Shown: piece after piece, positions 1 through 12,567 of the stretch
Position numbering within the stretch: position 1 is the stretch's first letter
How the letters are laid out: every line of letters starts with the position of its first letter
Assembly: GCA_963666735.1 (NCBI GenBank)
Contig: OY762926.1
Span: 1,901,447-1,965,446 of the forward strand
Origin: Gemmatimonadota bacterium
GTDB lineage: Bacteria; Gemmatimonadota; Gemmatimonadetes; Palauibacterales; Palauibacteraceae
Direction: 5' to 3'
DNA length: 64,000 nucleotides
Notes under the pieces: generated by a model
What the model saw: the letters and a program-made list of their open reading frames with translations, nothing else
The model's database searches: none
Told to the model about the DNA's origin: nothing
Position numbers and translations under genes: made by a program

Positions 1-312
1 GTGACGCTCGAGGACATCCTCGAGGAACTGGTCGGCGACATCGTGGACGAAACCGATTTGCCGCCCGAACCCATCATCCGGCTGCGAGGGGACGAGATCG
101 CCGTGGACGGCGGCGCCGAACTGCGGGAGATCAACGACTTCTTCGGGACCGCGTTCCCGGTGGTCGAGCACCGGTCGCTGAACGGCTTCCTCCTGGGCGA
201 GCTGGGCCGGGTGCCCGAGGCGGGAGAGGTGGTCGAGCACGGCGATGTGCGGATACGGGTCGTCGCGAGCACCGGCACGCAGGTGACGCGCGCCCGGATC
301 CGCCGGAACTAG
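1..312 (+). CDS. Hemolysin/CNNM (CBS + CorC_HlyC) family protein, C-terminal part (5' end outside window)
   Basis: TLEDILEELVGDIVDETD CBS end followed by a CorC/HlyC-type domain (SLNGFLLGELGRVP..GE). Confidence 0.85.
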   Translation: MTLEDILEELVGDIVDETDLPPEPIIRLRGDEIAVDGGAELREINDFFGTAFPVVEHRSLNGFLLGELGRVPEAGEVVEHGDVRIRVVASTGTQVTRARIRRN

Positions 313-1097
313 TGCGGCGTCGAGGCGACGAAACCTGCGGTGGCCGAGCGCAGATACCAGTCGAACAGCGCGTCACCGAACAGGAATGCGACGGCGGCGC
401 CGAGCGCGAGGAAGGTGCCGAAGGGAACGGGCTTCCCCGTGCGGAGCGAGACCGGACCGTAGACGAGAGCCCCGGCGAGCGCGCCCAGGAAGATCGTGAG
501 GAGGGTGCCGCCGGGGCCGAGGAAGGCACCCACCAGCGCCATCATCTTCACGTCGCCGCCGCCGAGGGCGGGCTTGCGCAACGCCTTCTCGCCCAACCAC
601 CCGACCACGTAGAGAAGTCCGAAGCCCAGAACGGCGCCGGCGATCGCCGCGCCCGGCGGCGTCGACCCGGGGAGCGCCGAGAGGGCAAGGCCCGCGGCGC
701 ACCCGCCCACGGATAGCGCGTCGGGGATGATGTAGTGACGCGCATCGATCACCGCGATCGCGAGGAGGAGCGTGAACAGGACGGCGCCCGTCGGCGCGGC
801 GACCGATGCTCCGTACCGCCACGCCATGCCGCCCCAGATCACGGCCGCCGCCAGTTCGATCGCCGGGTAGCGCCAGGAGATGCGGCCGCCGCAATCGCGG
901 CAGCGTCCCCGCAGGCGCAACCATGAGAGCACGGGAACGTTGTCGAACCAGCGGATCGCCGCGCCGCACGCCGGGCAGCGGCTGCGCGGGCGAACGACGC
1001 TGTGCTCTGCGGGCATGCGCGTGATGCACACGTTGAGGAAGGAGCCGGCCGCCAACCCCAACAGCGCGGCTCCGCCGACAATCGCAGCGTCAGCCAC
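309..1097 (-). CDS. pilD: Prepilin peptidase / N-methyltransferase (A24A)
   Basis: [19 protein letters not shown]...CRDC zinc motifs, GGGDVKM, PFGTFLA; probable GTG start at 1097. Confidence 0.93.
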   Translation of the reverse strand: MADAAIVGGAALLGLAAGSFLNVCITRMPAEHSVVRPRSRCPACGAAIRWFDNVPVLSWLRLRGRCRDCGGRISWRYPAIELAAAVIWGGMAWRYGASVAAPTGAVLFTLLLAIAVIDARHYIIPDALSVGGCAAGLALSALPGSTPPGAAIAGAVLGFGLLYVVGWLGEKALRKPALGGGDVKMMALVGAFLGPGGTLLTIFLGALAGALVYGPVSLRTGKPVPFGTFLALGAAVAFLFGDALFDWYLRSATAGFVASTPH

Positions 1098-1860
1098 TCG
1101 GGTGCCCGGTCCGCATCCGGTCGAGCAGGATGGCGCCCGCCGATGCCACATTCAGCGACTCCACGCCGTGGGCGAGCGGCACGGCGACGGCGCGGCCGGC
1201 GGCGGCGCGCAGAGAGGCGGAGACGCCGTGCGCCTCGCTGCCGAGCGCGAGCGCAACCGGCCCGGGAGGCGGACCCTCGAGCGGCGTACCGTCGGCCGCA
1301 GCGACCCAGATGGGGACCCCTCGCCCGGCAAGCCGCGCCACGGCATCCCGGGTGTGCGTTCGGAAGACGGGGCCGCGGAACGACGCTCCCGCCGAGGCCC
1401 GCAGCGCCTTCGGCCCCCAGGGATCGGCGGTCTCTCCAACGCCGATCACGGCGGCCGCTCCGAGCGCGAGCGCGGTGCGCACGAGGGCGCCGACGTTTCC
1501 CGGATCCTGCACGCCGTCGAGAAGCACGATCGCGCCCTCGCCCACGTCGTCCCAGCCGTACGCCGGCACTTCGCCGATCGCGAGGATGGGCTGGGGCGTG
1601 GCGGCATCGGCCAGCGTCCGGATGATCGCTTCGGGCACGGCTTCCGTACGCACGCCCCGCGCCAGCGCGCACGCGAGCAGCGCCTCCAGTTCCGAATCGC
1701 TACCCGCCGCTTCGGCGTGCAGCACCGCAACGGTGCGCCCGGTCCACTCGAGCATCTCACCGACGAGCCGCCGCCCCTCGGCCAGGAAGCACCCGGTTTC
1801 CCGGCGTCCCTTTCCGCGGTGCAACGACCGCCAGGCCCTGATCTCCGCGCGCGTCGGCAT
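1090..1860 (-). CDS. TrmH/SpoU family RNA methyltransferase
   Basis: [25 protein letters not shown] and ESLNVA SPOUT motifs. Confidence 0.9.
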   Translation of the reverse strand: MPTRAEIRAWRSLHRGKGRRETGCFLAEGRRLVGEMLEWTGRTVAVLHAEAAGSDSELEALLACALARGVRTEAVPEAIIRTLADAATPQPILAIGEVPAYGWDDVGEGAIVLLDGVQDPGNVGALVRTALALGAAAVIGVGETADPWGPKALRASAGASFRGPVFRTHTRDAVARLAGRGVPIWVAAADGTPLEGPPPGPVALALGSEAHGVSASLRAAAGRAVAVPLAHGVESLNVASAGAILLDRMRTGHPSG

Positions 1861-1947
1861 ACCCCTATTTTACGCCGAGTCACAACGCAGTGTCATCGCG
1901 CCGGCGGAACCGGCGCACCAGAGCGAACCGGGCGGAGCGGATACGTG

Positions 1948-2763
1948 ATGCCGAAGAAGCCAGCGCGGGCGACCGCACTCACGATCGCGGGGAGCGATTC
2001 CGGAGGCGGAGCCGGGATCCAGGCCGACCTCAAGACCTTCCACGCGTTCGGCGTGTTCGGCACGAGCGCGGTCACCGCCGTGACCGCGCAGAACACCATG
2101 GGCGTCCAAGCGGTGCAGACGCTCGACCCGTCGATCGTCCGGCGGCAGATCGAGGCGGTCCGGACGGATCTGGCGCCAAGGGCCGCGAAGACGGGGATGC
2201 TCGCCGACGCGGACATCGTGCGGGCCGTCGTCGCAAGCCTGCGCGGCTTTGAAGCTCCGCTCGTCGTCGACCCCGTGATGGTGGCGACGAGCGGCGACCG
2301 GCTCCTCCAGCCGAAGGCCGCCGACGCGATCCTGGAGGAACTCCTCCCTCTCGCCACCCTCGTCACGCCGAACCTGCCCGAGGCGGAGATCCTTGCCGGG
2401 CGGACCGTGAGCACCGAAGCCGACATGTCCGCGGCGGCCAAGGCCATCCTCGCGCGGGGGGCGGGCGCGGTGCTGGTCAAGGGGGGACACATGGCCGGCG
2501 ATGAGGTGGTCGACCTGTTCCGGAACGGAGAGAGCGAGCGGGTGTGGCGGACGCCCCGCATCCGGACGACGGAAACCCACGGGACCGGATGCACGCTCTC
2601 GGCCGCGATCACGGCGGGGCTGGCATCGGGGCTCACCCTCGAGCCGGCGATCGAACGGGGACTCGCCTTCACGCACGCGGCCATCGCGGCGGCGCCGGGT
2701 CTCGGCTCCGGCCGCGGTCCCCTGAATCACTGGGCCCATCCCGGAGGCGGCTCCCGCGACTGA
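1948..2763 (+). CDS. thiD: Hydroxymethylpyrimidine/phosphomethylpyrimidine kinase
   Basis: [43 protein letters not shown]. Confidence 0.95.
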   Translation: MPKKPARATALTIAGSDSGGGAGIQADLKTFHAFGVFGTSAVTAVTAQNTMGVQAVQTLDPSIVRRQIEAVRTDLAPRAAKTGMLADADIVRAVVASLRGFEAPLVVDPVMVATSGDRLLQPKAADAILEELLPLATLVTPNLPEAEILAGRTVSTEADMSAAAKAILARGAGAVLVKGGHMAGDEVVDLFRNGESERVWRTPRIRTTETHGTGCTLSAAITAGLASGLTLEPAIERGLAFTHAAIAAAPGLGSGRGPLNHWAHPGGGSRD

Positions 2764-2766
2764 AGG

Positions 2767-5172
2767 CTATTCGCCGTACGGAACCCAGATGTTCTTGATC
2801 TGGGAGGCGTGACGGAGGAACTCGCGTCCCTCACCGCGGGGACCGAACCAGTCCCGCCCCCGAGCGACCGCCGTCCACGTGCGCTTCAGATTGGAGGCGG
2901 AGCGGCGCTCCACGTCGGCGGCCCCTTCTTCCGTCCCGAAGTACCACATCCCGTCCACCGCATCGTGGCCGGCGAGGGTGGGCCGCAGTTCCTCCTCGAG
3001 ACCCGTGAGGATGTTGATGACGCCCGGCGGCACATCCGAGGTCTCGAGCACCTGATAGAAGTCGGTGGCGAGGAGCGGCCAGCGTTCCGAGGCGACCGCG
3101 ACGACGGAGTTCCCGAGGGCGACGGACGGAACCACGCTGGAGATGAAGCCGAGCAGCGCAGGTTCGGGCGGACAGATCACCGCCATCACGCCCAGCGGCT
3201 CGGGCATGGCCAGGGTCACGTTGCGGAAGGGCGTCCGGTGGACGGCCCCGTCCCACTTGTCCGCCCACGCCGCGTAGGTGAAGAGGCGCCGCACCGACGC
3301 CTCCACCTCGCGCGCAGCCGCTTCCGCATCACAGCCGGTGAGCGCGCGCAGCCGGTCCTCGAACGCCGCCCGGCGGGCATCGAGATTCTCGCCCGCGTAG
3401 TACAGGATCTGCGCCCGCAGATGGGCCGTCGTGCCCGCCCAACTCGCGGCGAGTGCCGCCTCCACGGCGTTGCGGGCGTCCTTTCGGTTTCCGCGGGCCA
3501 CTTCGCCCGCGGCGCGTCCCTGATGGTCGAGGACCTTCAGGCTGTACCCGCCATCGGGCCGGGCCTGCCGGCCGCCGATGTAGAGTTTGGCCGTCCGGTC
3601 GACCGCCGGCCTCGCCGCGGGGCCGGCAGCACCCTCGCCGGAGTCCCCGCGGCCGCCGCCCTCCGAAGACACCGCGTCTTCCCCGGGGCCCGACTCCGCA
3701 GCCTCGGGGCGCCGGCGGACATACTCCCGGAGCCCTTCCCGGCCGCCCTCGCGGCCGAACCCGCTCTCGCGGTAGCCGCCGAACCCGGATGCGGCGTCGA
3801 ACACGTTCGTGCAGTTGATCCACACCGTCCCGGCCTTGATCTGCGAGGCGATGTCGAGGGCGAGGTTCACGTTCTCGGTCCAGACGCTCGCCGCGAGGCC
3901 GTAGCGCGTGTTGTTCGCAAGCGCGACGGCCTCCGCGGGCGTGCGGAACGTCATCTGAACGACCACGGGACCGAAGATCTCGACCTGGGCGATCTTCGCG
4001 GCCGGCGACACGCCGGTGCAGAGGGTCGGCGGGTAGAACCAACCGTCCTGCGGGACGCTCCACGACGGCTGCCAGATCGTGGCCCCCTCCTCCCGTCCCT
4101 CCTCCACCAGCGACTCGATCTTCTGCAACTGGACGGGCGCGATGATCGCGCCGATGTCGACGCCCTTGTCGAGCGGCGCCCCCATGCGAAGCGTCTCCAT
4201 GCGGGCGCGCAGACGGTCGGCGAGCGCGTCGGCGATCCCTTCGTGGGCGAGGATCCGCGAGCCGGCGCAGCACACCTGCCCCTGGTTGAACCAGATCGCG
4301 TCGACCACCCCCTCGACCACGCTGTCGAGGTCCGCGTCGTCGAAGACGAGGAAGGGCGATTTTCCACCGAGTTCGAGCGAGATCTTCTTGCCGGTCCCCG
4401 CCGTCGTCTCGCGGATGATGCGGCCGACCTCCGTCGAGCCCGTGAAGGCGATCTTGTCGACGTCCGGATGCTCGACGATCGCGGCGCCCGTGCGACCATC
4501 GCCGGTCACGATGTTCACGACGCCGGGCGGCAGATCGATCTCGCGGCAGAGTTCCGCGAACCGGAGCGCGGTCAGCGACGTGAACTCGGCGGGCTTGAGG
4601 ACGACCGTGTTCCCGGTCGCGAGGGCGGGCGCAATCTTCCACGCCAGCATGAGCAGCGGGAAGTTCCAGGGGATGATCTGGCCCGCGACGCCCAGCGGCT
4701 CGCAGTCGGCGAACTCGGCGTCCATGAGCTGGGCCCAGCCGGCGTGGTGATAGAAGTGCCGCGCGACGAGCGGGATATCGATGTCGCGCGACTCGCGGAT
4801 GGGCTTCCCGTTGTCGAGCGTCTCGAGCGTCGCGAAGAGCCGGGAGTGTTTCTGCAGGTGACGGGCGATCGCGTACAGGTAGCGCGCCCGCCCGTGTCCC
4901 CCGAGGTCGCCCCAGGCCGCCTGGGCCGCGCGCGCCGCCGCCACCGCGCGGTGCACATCCACGGTGCAGCCCCGCGCGATCTCGCCCAGTTGCTCTTCGT
5001 TGCTCGGATCGAGGGTCGCGAAGAACTCGCCGTCCGCCGGTTCGCGCCAGGCGCCGCCGATGTAGTGCCCGAAGCGGGAACCCCGTGCCGCGATCCACGC
5101 CCGCGCCTCGTCCGCGGCCTCCGGGGCCGGGCCGTACTCCATCGTCTCGAACAGTTCCGCGATCTTCGGCAT
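2767..5172 (-). CDS. Aldehyde dehydrogenase, long two-domain type typically linked to deoC
   Basis: IIPWNFPLLM, AFTGSTEVG, LELGGKS, FNQGQVCCAGS, EIFGPV, plus a second degenerate ALDH domain. Confidence 0.92.
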   Translation of the reverse strand: MPKIAELFETMEYGPAPEAADEARAWIAARGSRFGHYIGGAWREPADGEFFATLDPSNEEQLGEIARGCTVDVHRAVAAARAAQAAWGDLGGHGRARYLYAIARHLQKHSRLFATLETLDNGKPIRESRDIDIPLVARHFYHHAGWAQLMDAEFADCEPLGVAGQIIPWNFPLLMLAWKIAPALATGNTVVLKPAEFTSLTALRFAELCREIDLPPGVVNIVTGDGRTGAAIVEHPDVDKIAFTGSTEVGRIIRETTAGTGKKISLELGGKSPFLVFDDADLDSVVEGVVDAIWFNQGQVCCAGSRILAHEGIADALADRLRARMETLRMGAPLDKGVDIGAIIAPVQLQKIESLVEEGREEGATIWQPSWSVPQDGWFYPPTLCTGVSPAAKIAQVEIFGPVVVQMTFRTPAEAVALANNTRYGLAASVWTENVNLALDIASQIKAGTVWINCTNVFDAASGFGGYRESGFGREGGREGLREYVRRRPEAAESGPGEDAVSSEGGGRGDSGEGAAGPAARPAVDRTAKLYIGGRQARPDGGYSLKVLDHQGRAAGEVARGNRKDARNAVEAALAASWAGTTAHLRAQILYYAGENLDARRAAFEDRLRALTGCDAEAAAREVEASVRRLFTYAAWADKWDGAVHRTPFRNVTLAMPEPLGVMAVICPPEPALLGFISSVVPSVALGNSVVAVASERWPLLATDFYQVLETSDVPPGVINILTGLEEELRPTLAGHDAVDGMWYFGTEEGAADVERRSASNLKRTWTAVARGRDWFGPRGEGREFLRHASQIKNIWVPYGE

Positions 5173-5212
5173 TCCCCTCAACCCCCTCTCAACGCGACCC
5201 TCACCGCCGGTC

Positions 5213-6256
5213 TCATCCCAGCGGGTGCCGGTGGTGCGCGGAGTACCGCCCCGTCGCCCGGTGTTCCAACTGGCGTTCGATGTCCGCGAGCAGCGAACTC
5301 GCGCCGAAGCGGAACAGCGACCGGTCGAGCCATGCCCCGCCCAGTTCTTCCTTCACGAGAATCAGCCACTCCAGCGCCTGCTTCGCCTTCCCTACTCCGC
5401 CGGCCGGCTTCAGCCCCACGTGGAAGCCGGAGAGTCGCCGGTAGGCCCGGATCGCGCGCGCCATCACGAGTCCGACGGGGAGCGTGGCGTTGACCTTCTC
5501 CTTGCCGGTCGAGGTCTTGATGAAGTCGGCTCCGGCCATCATGCAGGTCCAGCTCGCGCGGGCGACGTTGCGCAGGCTCCCGAGTTCACCGGTGGCCATG
5601 ATCGTCTTCAGGTGCGCGTCGCCGCACGCCTCGCGGAAGGTGCGGACCTCGTCGTACAGCGCCTCCCAGTCGCCGGTGAGGGCGTGGCGGCGGGTGATGA
5701 CGATGTCGATCTCGCGCGCCCCGGCCCCGACCGCCTCATGGATCTCCTCGACCCGCTGCGCGAACGGCGTGAGCCCGGCGGGGAAGCCGGCGGCGACCGC
5801 GCACACCGGGATGTCGTGGCCGGCGAGCGCCTCCACGACGGCGGGAACCATCGTCGGATACACACAGACGGAGGCCACGCACAGGCCGAGATCTTCCACC
5901 TCGAGCGCGCGGAGGAGGTCGGGACGCACGGGCTGGCGGGCCTTGGCGGCGAGGCGAGCCACCCGTCCCGGGGTGTCGTCGCCGGCGAGCGTCGTGAGGT
6001 CGATCATCGTCACGGCACGGAGGAGCCAGGCGGCCTGCCACTCCTTCTTGACGCTGCGGCGCTTCCCCAGCGTGGCGGCCCGGCGCTCGATCGCGCAGCG
6101 GTTCGCGGCCTGAGCCCGGATCAGGTCCAGGTCGAGCGGGATCCCCGCGTTACGCGCCCGCATCGGGACGATACCGGCACCCCCCACGATGCGGGCAGGA
6201 GGCCCGGACGACGTTGCGGGATTGAGCGAGACGCTCGGTTCCGGTGGCTTGGTCAT
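5213..6256 (-). CDS. deoC: Deoxyribose-phosphate aldolase
   Basis: IDLTTLAGDDT, GAREIDIVI, GADFIKTSTGK, GLKPAGG, RFGASSLL. Confidence 0.93.
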   Translation of the reverse strand: MTKPPEPSVSLNPATSSGPPARIVGGAGIVPMRARNAGIPLDLDLIRAQAANRCAIERRAATLGKRRSVKKEWQAAWLLRAVTMIDLTTLAGDDTPGRVARLAAKARQPVRPDLLRALEVEDLGLCVASVCVYPTMVPAVVEALAGHDIPVCAVAAGFPAGLTPFAQRVEEIHEAVGAGAREIDIVITRRHALTGDWEALYDEVRTFREACGDAHLKTIMATGELGSLRNVARASWTCMMAGADFIKTSTGKEKVNATLPVGLVMARAIRAYRRLSGFHVGLKPAGGVGKAKQALEWLILVKEELGGAWLDRSLFRFGASSLLADIERQLEHRATGRYSAHHRHPLG

Positions 6257-6319
6257 GGCGAGAATATCGCGCACTCTCCTCACACTGGCGAGCGAACGCC
6301 TCCGGCGGGCATGAGCACA

Positions 6320-6348
6320 TTGCCTAGTGTCGCTAGACACTTTACACT
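6320..6348 (+). promoter_or_regulatory. Sigma70-like promoter of the higBA locus with a palindromic operator in the spacer
   Basis: TTGCCT (6320-6325), 17 nt, TACACT (6343-6348); the spacer contains AGTGTC-gcta-GACACT. Confidence 0.6.
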
Positions 6349-6354
6349 CCGTGG

Positions 6355-8998
<2,644 letters not shown>

Positions 8999-9012
8999 GC
9001 GCAGGCCAGACG

Positions 9013-9051
9013 ACGTGGTGCGCTACGGCTCGATGTCGTAGCGCACCACGT
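9013..9051. terminator. Perfect 15-bp stem / 9-nt loop hairpin between convergent katG and the propeller gene; recurs at module junctions
   Basis: ACGTGGTGCGCTACG (9013-9027) and CGTAGCGCACCACGT (9037-9051); no U-tract, so the terminator role is inferred. Confidence 0.5.
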
Positions 9052-10210
9052 ACGGGATGTCGAGCGCGTCCTTCTCCACGACCCAGATCTCGGCTTGGTT
9101 CGCAGACTCGACCACCGAGGAGGCGGAGAGCCGGACGCGGCCGATTCCCGCCCCTGACGCATCCAGGACAAACCACCATCTTTGGCCCTCATCATTGGGG
9201 CCGGCGAGCCATGTCGTTCCGTCACTGCCCGCCGTGAGATGCGTCACCGGTGGAAAATACTGGCGACGTTCGTAGAACTCCCGCAGGGCACCGGCGAAGG
9301 CCCGCCGGTCGACGATGCCGCCGCCGCCCGCCGCACCATAGATCTCGTTTTCGAAGAAGCCACTCGGGATCTGACGCGGCTCGTAGGCAAAGCGGCGATG
9401 AAACAACGTGTCGCCCCGAACATCGATTTTCGCGACCTCGAACTCGGCGGGGCCCCTGCCGAGCCAACTCTTCCGTCTGACGAGTACGGCCCCCGATCCA
9501 TCGGGCGCGAAGGATATCATGTCGTCGTCCGGAAGCGGATGGGTCACGAAATCCCATGTGTCGCGCGGTAGTCCAGCCGTAATCTCGGCAGTCTGCCCCG
9601 CCACCGACCGCAGCGTCAAGGTGTCAAGCGTGGCGATGTCGGCATCGGAAACAACCACCGGCGTCTCCGTGATGCCGCCCCGGGTGAGGCCCACTACGGA
9701 CAGGACTTCGGATCCCGCCAGGCGACCGTCGGCCAGAACGGCCCTTGGCGCAATTCTATCAATGTAATAGGTATCGGGAACGTCGACCCGGTACGGTATC
9801 GTCTCGGCCGCGCCGGTCTCCACATCTATTAATGTGAACCGCAAATTTCTGAAATCGGCTACCCAGAGCCGCGACTCGTACCAGCCCATCGACGACGGCG
9901 AGACGAACTCGCCCGGTCCCTGGCCCCGGCCCCCGAAATCTCGGACGAAGTCACCATCGCGCGTGAAGGCCCTGACTACTCCATCCTGAGACAGCAGCAC
10001 GTACACACGATCCGAGTCCGCCAACACATCACGAACGACGGACAAGCCGTATCTCGGGTCGTCCGCGCTGCCAATCCCGACAACGCTCGTGAGCGACCAC
10101 TCACGGATTCCATCGAGCGCTTGTCCAGAAAGTCGAGCGGAGCCACTCGCAACCGCTGCTGCCCAAAAGAGGACTTGGATTGCGTGCGAACTGCGTCTTT
10201 TCATCCGCAC
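9023..10210 (-). CDS. Secreted NHL-like (6-bladed) beta-propeller protein, family C copy 1
   Basis: Sec signal peptide, FGGRGQGPGEF blade motif, C-terminal DALDIPYVVRYDIEP; paralog of 18167-19351 and 20160-21332. Confidence 0.8.
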   Translation of the reverse strand: MRMKRRSSHAIQVLFWAAAVASGSARLSGQALDGIREWSLTSVVGIGSADDPRYGLSVVRDVLADSDRVYVLLSQDGVVRAFTRDGDFVRDFGGRGQGPGEFVSPSSMGWYESRLWVADFRNLRFTLIDVETGAAETIPYRVDVPDTYYIDRIAPRAVLADGRLAGSEVLSVVGLTRGGITETPVVVSDADIATLDTLTLRSVAGQTAEITAGLPRDTWDFVTHPLPDDDMISFAPDGSGAVLVRRKSWLGRGPAEFEVAKIDVRGDTLFHRRFAYEPRQIPSGFFENEIYGAAGGGGIVDRRAFAGALREFYERRQYFPPVTHLTAGSDGTTWLAGPNDEGQRWWFVLDASGAGIGRVRLSASSVVESANQAEIWVVEKDALDIPYVVRYDIEP

Positions 10211-10213
10211 GCC

Positions 10214-10687
10214 TTACAGCCGCAACCGCGAGGTGGCGGCGCGAATCCGGCTCTCGGCGGCTGGCGAATACCACTTCGAGATGATCCCACCATCGCATGA
10301 CCGACTGGTTTCCGTCGCGCTCCCCGTTGGTGCTGGAGAACTCACGAAGTACGCGAACCCAGCCAACAGCGGGACCGCTTGCCTCAGCGCCGCCGAGCCG
10401 GGAAGCTCCCCCGACGCTGGCGGAGAAACGCGCCCATCGTGCATGACGAAGAAGATGCACAACCCGGAGAGGCGGCAGTACCCGCACCTGGGTGTTGAGC
10501 AATGATCGGCGAAACCGATCGGTCCATCCGCGGAGCAGTACATGCACCCGTCCTCCGCCTTGAAACAGGTCCAGCACGGACCTTCTCCTTCCTGTGCAAC
10601 TTCCTGTGCGACGGCGGATTCCGTGGCCGCCATGCACGTCAGGATGGCGAGACCGAGGCCGAACATGAGAAGTCGTGCGCTCTTCAT
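10214..10687 (-). CDS. Secreted Cys-rich protein, family B copy 1
   Basis: AGGAGGAGG RBS, ATGA overlap with the upstream gene, signal peptide ending AVA-Q, CWxC..CxxC..CxTPxCxxC..C core, RSCDGGI tail. Confidence 0.8.
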   Translation of the reverse strand: MKSARLLMFGLGLAILTCMAATESAVAQEVAQEGEGPCWTCFKAEDGCMYCSADGPIGFADHCSTPRCGYCRLSGLCIFFVMHDGRVSPPASGELPGSAALRQAVPLLAGFAYFVSSPAPTGSATETSRSCDGGIISKWYSPAAESRIRAATSRLRL

Positions 10688-11769
10688 CGTCCTCCTCCTT
10701 TGCTTCCACTCGAGTTTGGGACGGTTTCCCAAGAGTACTTCACGAGTTCGATGCGGTTCAACGTGCGTATCGCGAGGAGTACGGGGGCGTCCGCAGCGCT
10801 GGCAACGAGTCCGAACGGAGCATCGACGGCCGTGTACCTGAGGAAGCGCCCAGCGGGGTCGAACCAGAGTAAGAGCCGTTGGTCGGTGCCGCGGTGTGCC
10901 AGGGTCTGGACGTATCCGGGCCCGACCGCGACAACGGAAGTCGCGCTCCAGATGCCGGTATCGAAGCGCAAGGAACGGGTGGCATCGTCAGCGAACCAGT
11001 CCGCGTCGACTTGCTGCAACGCCAAGGGCACCCACTTCGTGCGGGTGCCGAGGCGCCATGCCCGGAAGGGGCTGAAGCTCTGCCATACCAGCACCTCATT
11101 ATCCCCGGATGCCAGCGAGATGGCCCTTGTGTACGTCGAGTCGGGCGTCCAATGGCCTCGGCTGGCTGGGAGTCGGAGGTTAGGTGGCGAGGAATCGGGG
11201 AACGCCAGGAACCACCCGGTCCCGGTTCGCGCCGCCCCGCCGGCATCCCGCACGGCCGGCAAGCTCCGCCGGGCAATGAGGTTCCCGTCCGTGTCGGCGA
11301 CGACCAGATCACCGCTTGCGGCGTCGACGATTTCCAGCTTGGCCTCGTCGAGGAACCCGACGCCGACTGCTTGTCCGACTTCATCCGGGAGGATGTCCGT
11401 CGCGACAGCGCCGCGGTACACGCGAACACCCGGCTCGCCGTGGAACCAGGCGACGATCAGTTCCCCCGACGGTGACGGGACCGCTCCCCGTAGCAGTCTC
11501 CCCTGCGGTATCGCGACGCTCGCCTGCTCCGTCAACTCGACTGAGGCGTTCGACCGCTGAGGAGATGTTGACTGTCCGAATTGCATCGCCGGCGGCATCG
11601 GTTCGTTTCGGATCGAATCCGCATAAGATCCGGCGGGATGGGAGAGGAGCAGAACGGGAAGCGCAAGGCGGACGCGACCGACCCGGCTGCCCGGCGGGCG
11701 TTCCCGGGCATGTCGCCGACAACGGCGAATGTATGAGGCGTTCCAAACTGCGTGTTCGATTCCCCACAT
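10684..11769 (-). CDS. Exported beta-rich (probable propeller-like) protein, family A copy 1; start uncertain
   Basis: Clear homology to 23112-25731 ([40 protein letters not shown]). Confidence 0.7.
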   Translation of the reverse strand: MWGIEHAVWNASYIRRCRRHARERPPGSRVGRVRLALPVLLLSHPAGSYADSIRNEPMPPAMQFGQSTSPQRSNASVELTEQASVAIPQGRLLRGAVPSPSGELIVAWFHGEPGVRVYRGAVATDILPDEVGQAVGVGFLDEAKLEIVDAASGDLVVADTDGNLIARRSLPAVRDAGGAARTGTGWFLAFPDSSPPNLRLPASRGHWTPDSTYTRAISLASGDNEVLVWQSFSPFRAWRLGTRTKWVPLALQQVDADWFADDATRSLRFDTGIWSATSVVAVGPGYVQTLAHRGTDQRLLLWFDPAGRFLRYTAVDAPFGLVASAADAPVLLAIRTLNRIELVKYSWETVPNSSGSKGGGR

Positions 11770-11897
11770 CGAAACTGCTCGTCATGTCAAGAAAAACAAA
11801 GCCGACTCGACCCCTCCATCCTACCCCCCCCCCTAAGCCGGCCGTCAACCCCTTTGACGCCGTGGAAGCCGGCGGCGGGCGAGGCTCGATGGCTCCC

Positions 11898-12476
11898 TGC
11901 GCGGCGGCCATTGAACGGGCTGCGCGCGCTGCCGGGCACGACGTGCAGGTGCCGTTCGCGCCGGGGCGGACGGATGCATCGGAGGAGTGGACGGACGCGG
12001 AGTCGTTCGTCGTCCTCGAACCCGTCGCCGACGGGTTCCGCAACTACGCGAAGGCCGGGAACAACGGCTCGGCGGCCGAGCGTCTCGTGGAGAAGGCATG
12101 CCTGCTCACGCTGACCGCGCCCGAGTTGACGGCGCTCGTCGGCGGCATGCGCGTCCTCGACGCGAACACCGGGCAGTCCGCGCACGGCGTGTTCACGGAC
12201 CGGCCGGGCGCGCTGACGAACGACTTCTTCGTGAACCTGCTCGACATGAGCACGGAGTGGCGGGCGGCCTCCGATGGCGCCTTCGAGGGCCGGGACGCGG
12301 CCTCCGGCGACGCCAGGTGGACCACCACCGAGGTGGACCTGGTGTTCGGTTCGAACTCCGAACTCCGGGCCCTCGCGGAGGTGTACGCGTGCGGCGACGG
12401 GCAGGCGGCGTTCGTACGCGACTTCGTGGCGGCCTGGAACAAGGTGATGAACCTCGACCGGTACGACCTGACCTGA
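11898..12476 (+). pseudogene. katG: Duplicated 3' fragment of katG
   Basis: Near-identical to katG from about 8440 to the stop; no 5' part; carries variants such as SAHG, FFVNL and [11 protein letters not shown]. Confidence 0.92.
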
Positions 12477-12500
12477 TCGCGGAGCGGACGGCGTGGTGCG

Positions 12501-12545
12501 CTACGGCTCGATGTCGTAGCGCACCAGGTAGGGGATGTCGAGCAC
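12501..12545 (-). pseudogene. C-terminal remnant of a family C propeller gene
   Basis: Reads VLDIPYLVRYDIEP* and retains the junction hairpin. Confidence 0.7.
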
Positions 12546-12567
12546 GCGACCTTCGATCACGAGGACC

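Noticed and set aside
11316-12476. 386-aa ORF as a real standalone KatG C-domain protein
   Set aside because: Its N-terminal half overlaps gene A antisense and its promoter region, and the KatG part lacks the catalytic N-domain.
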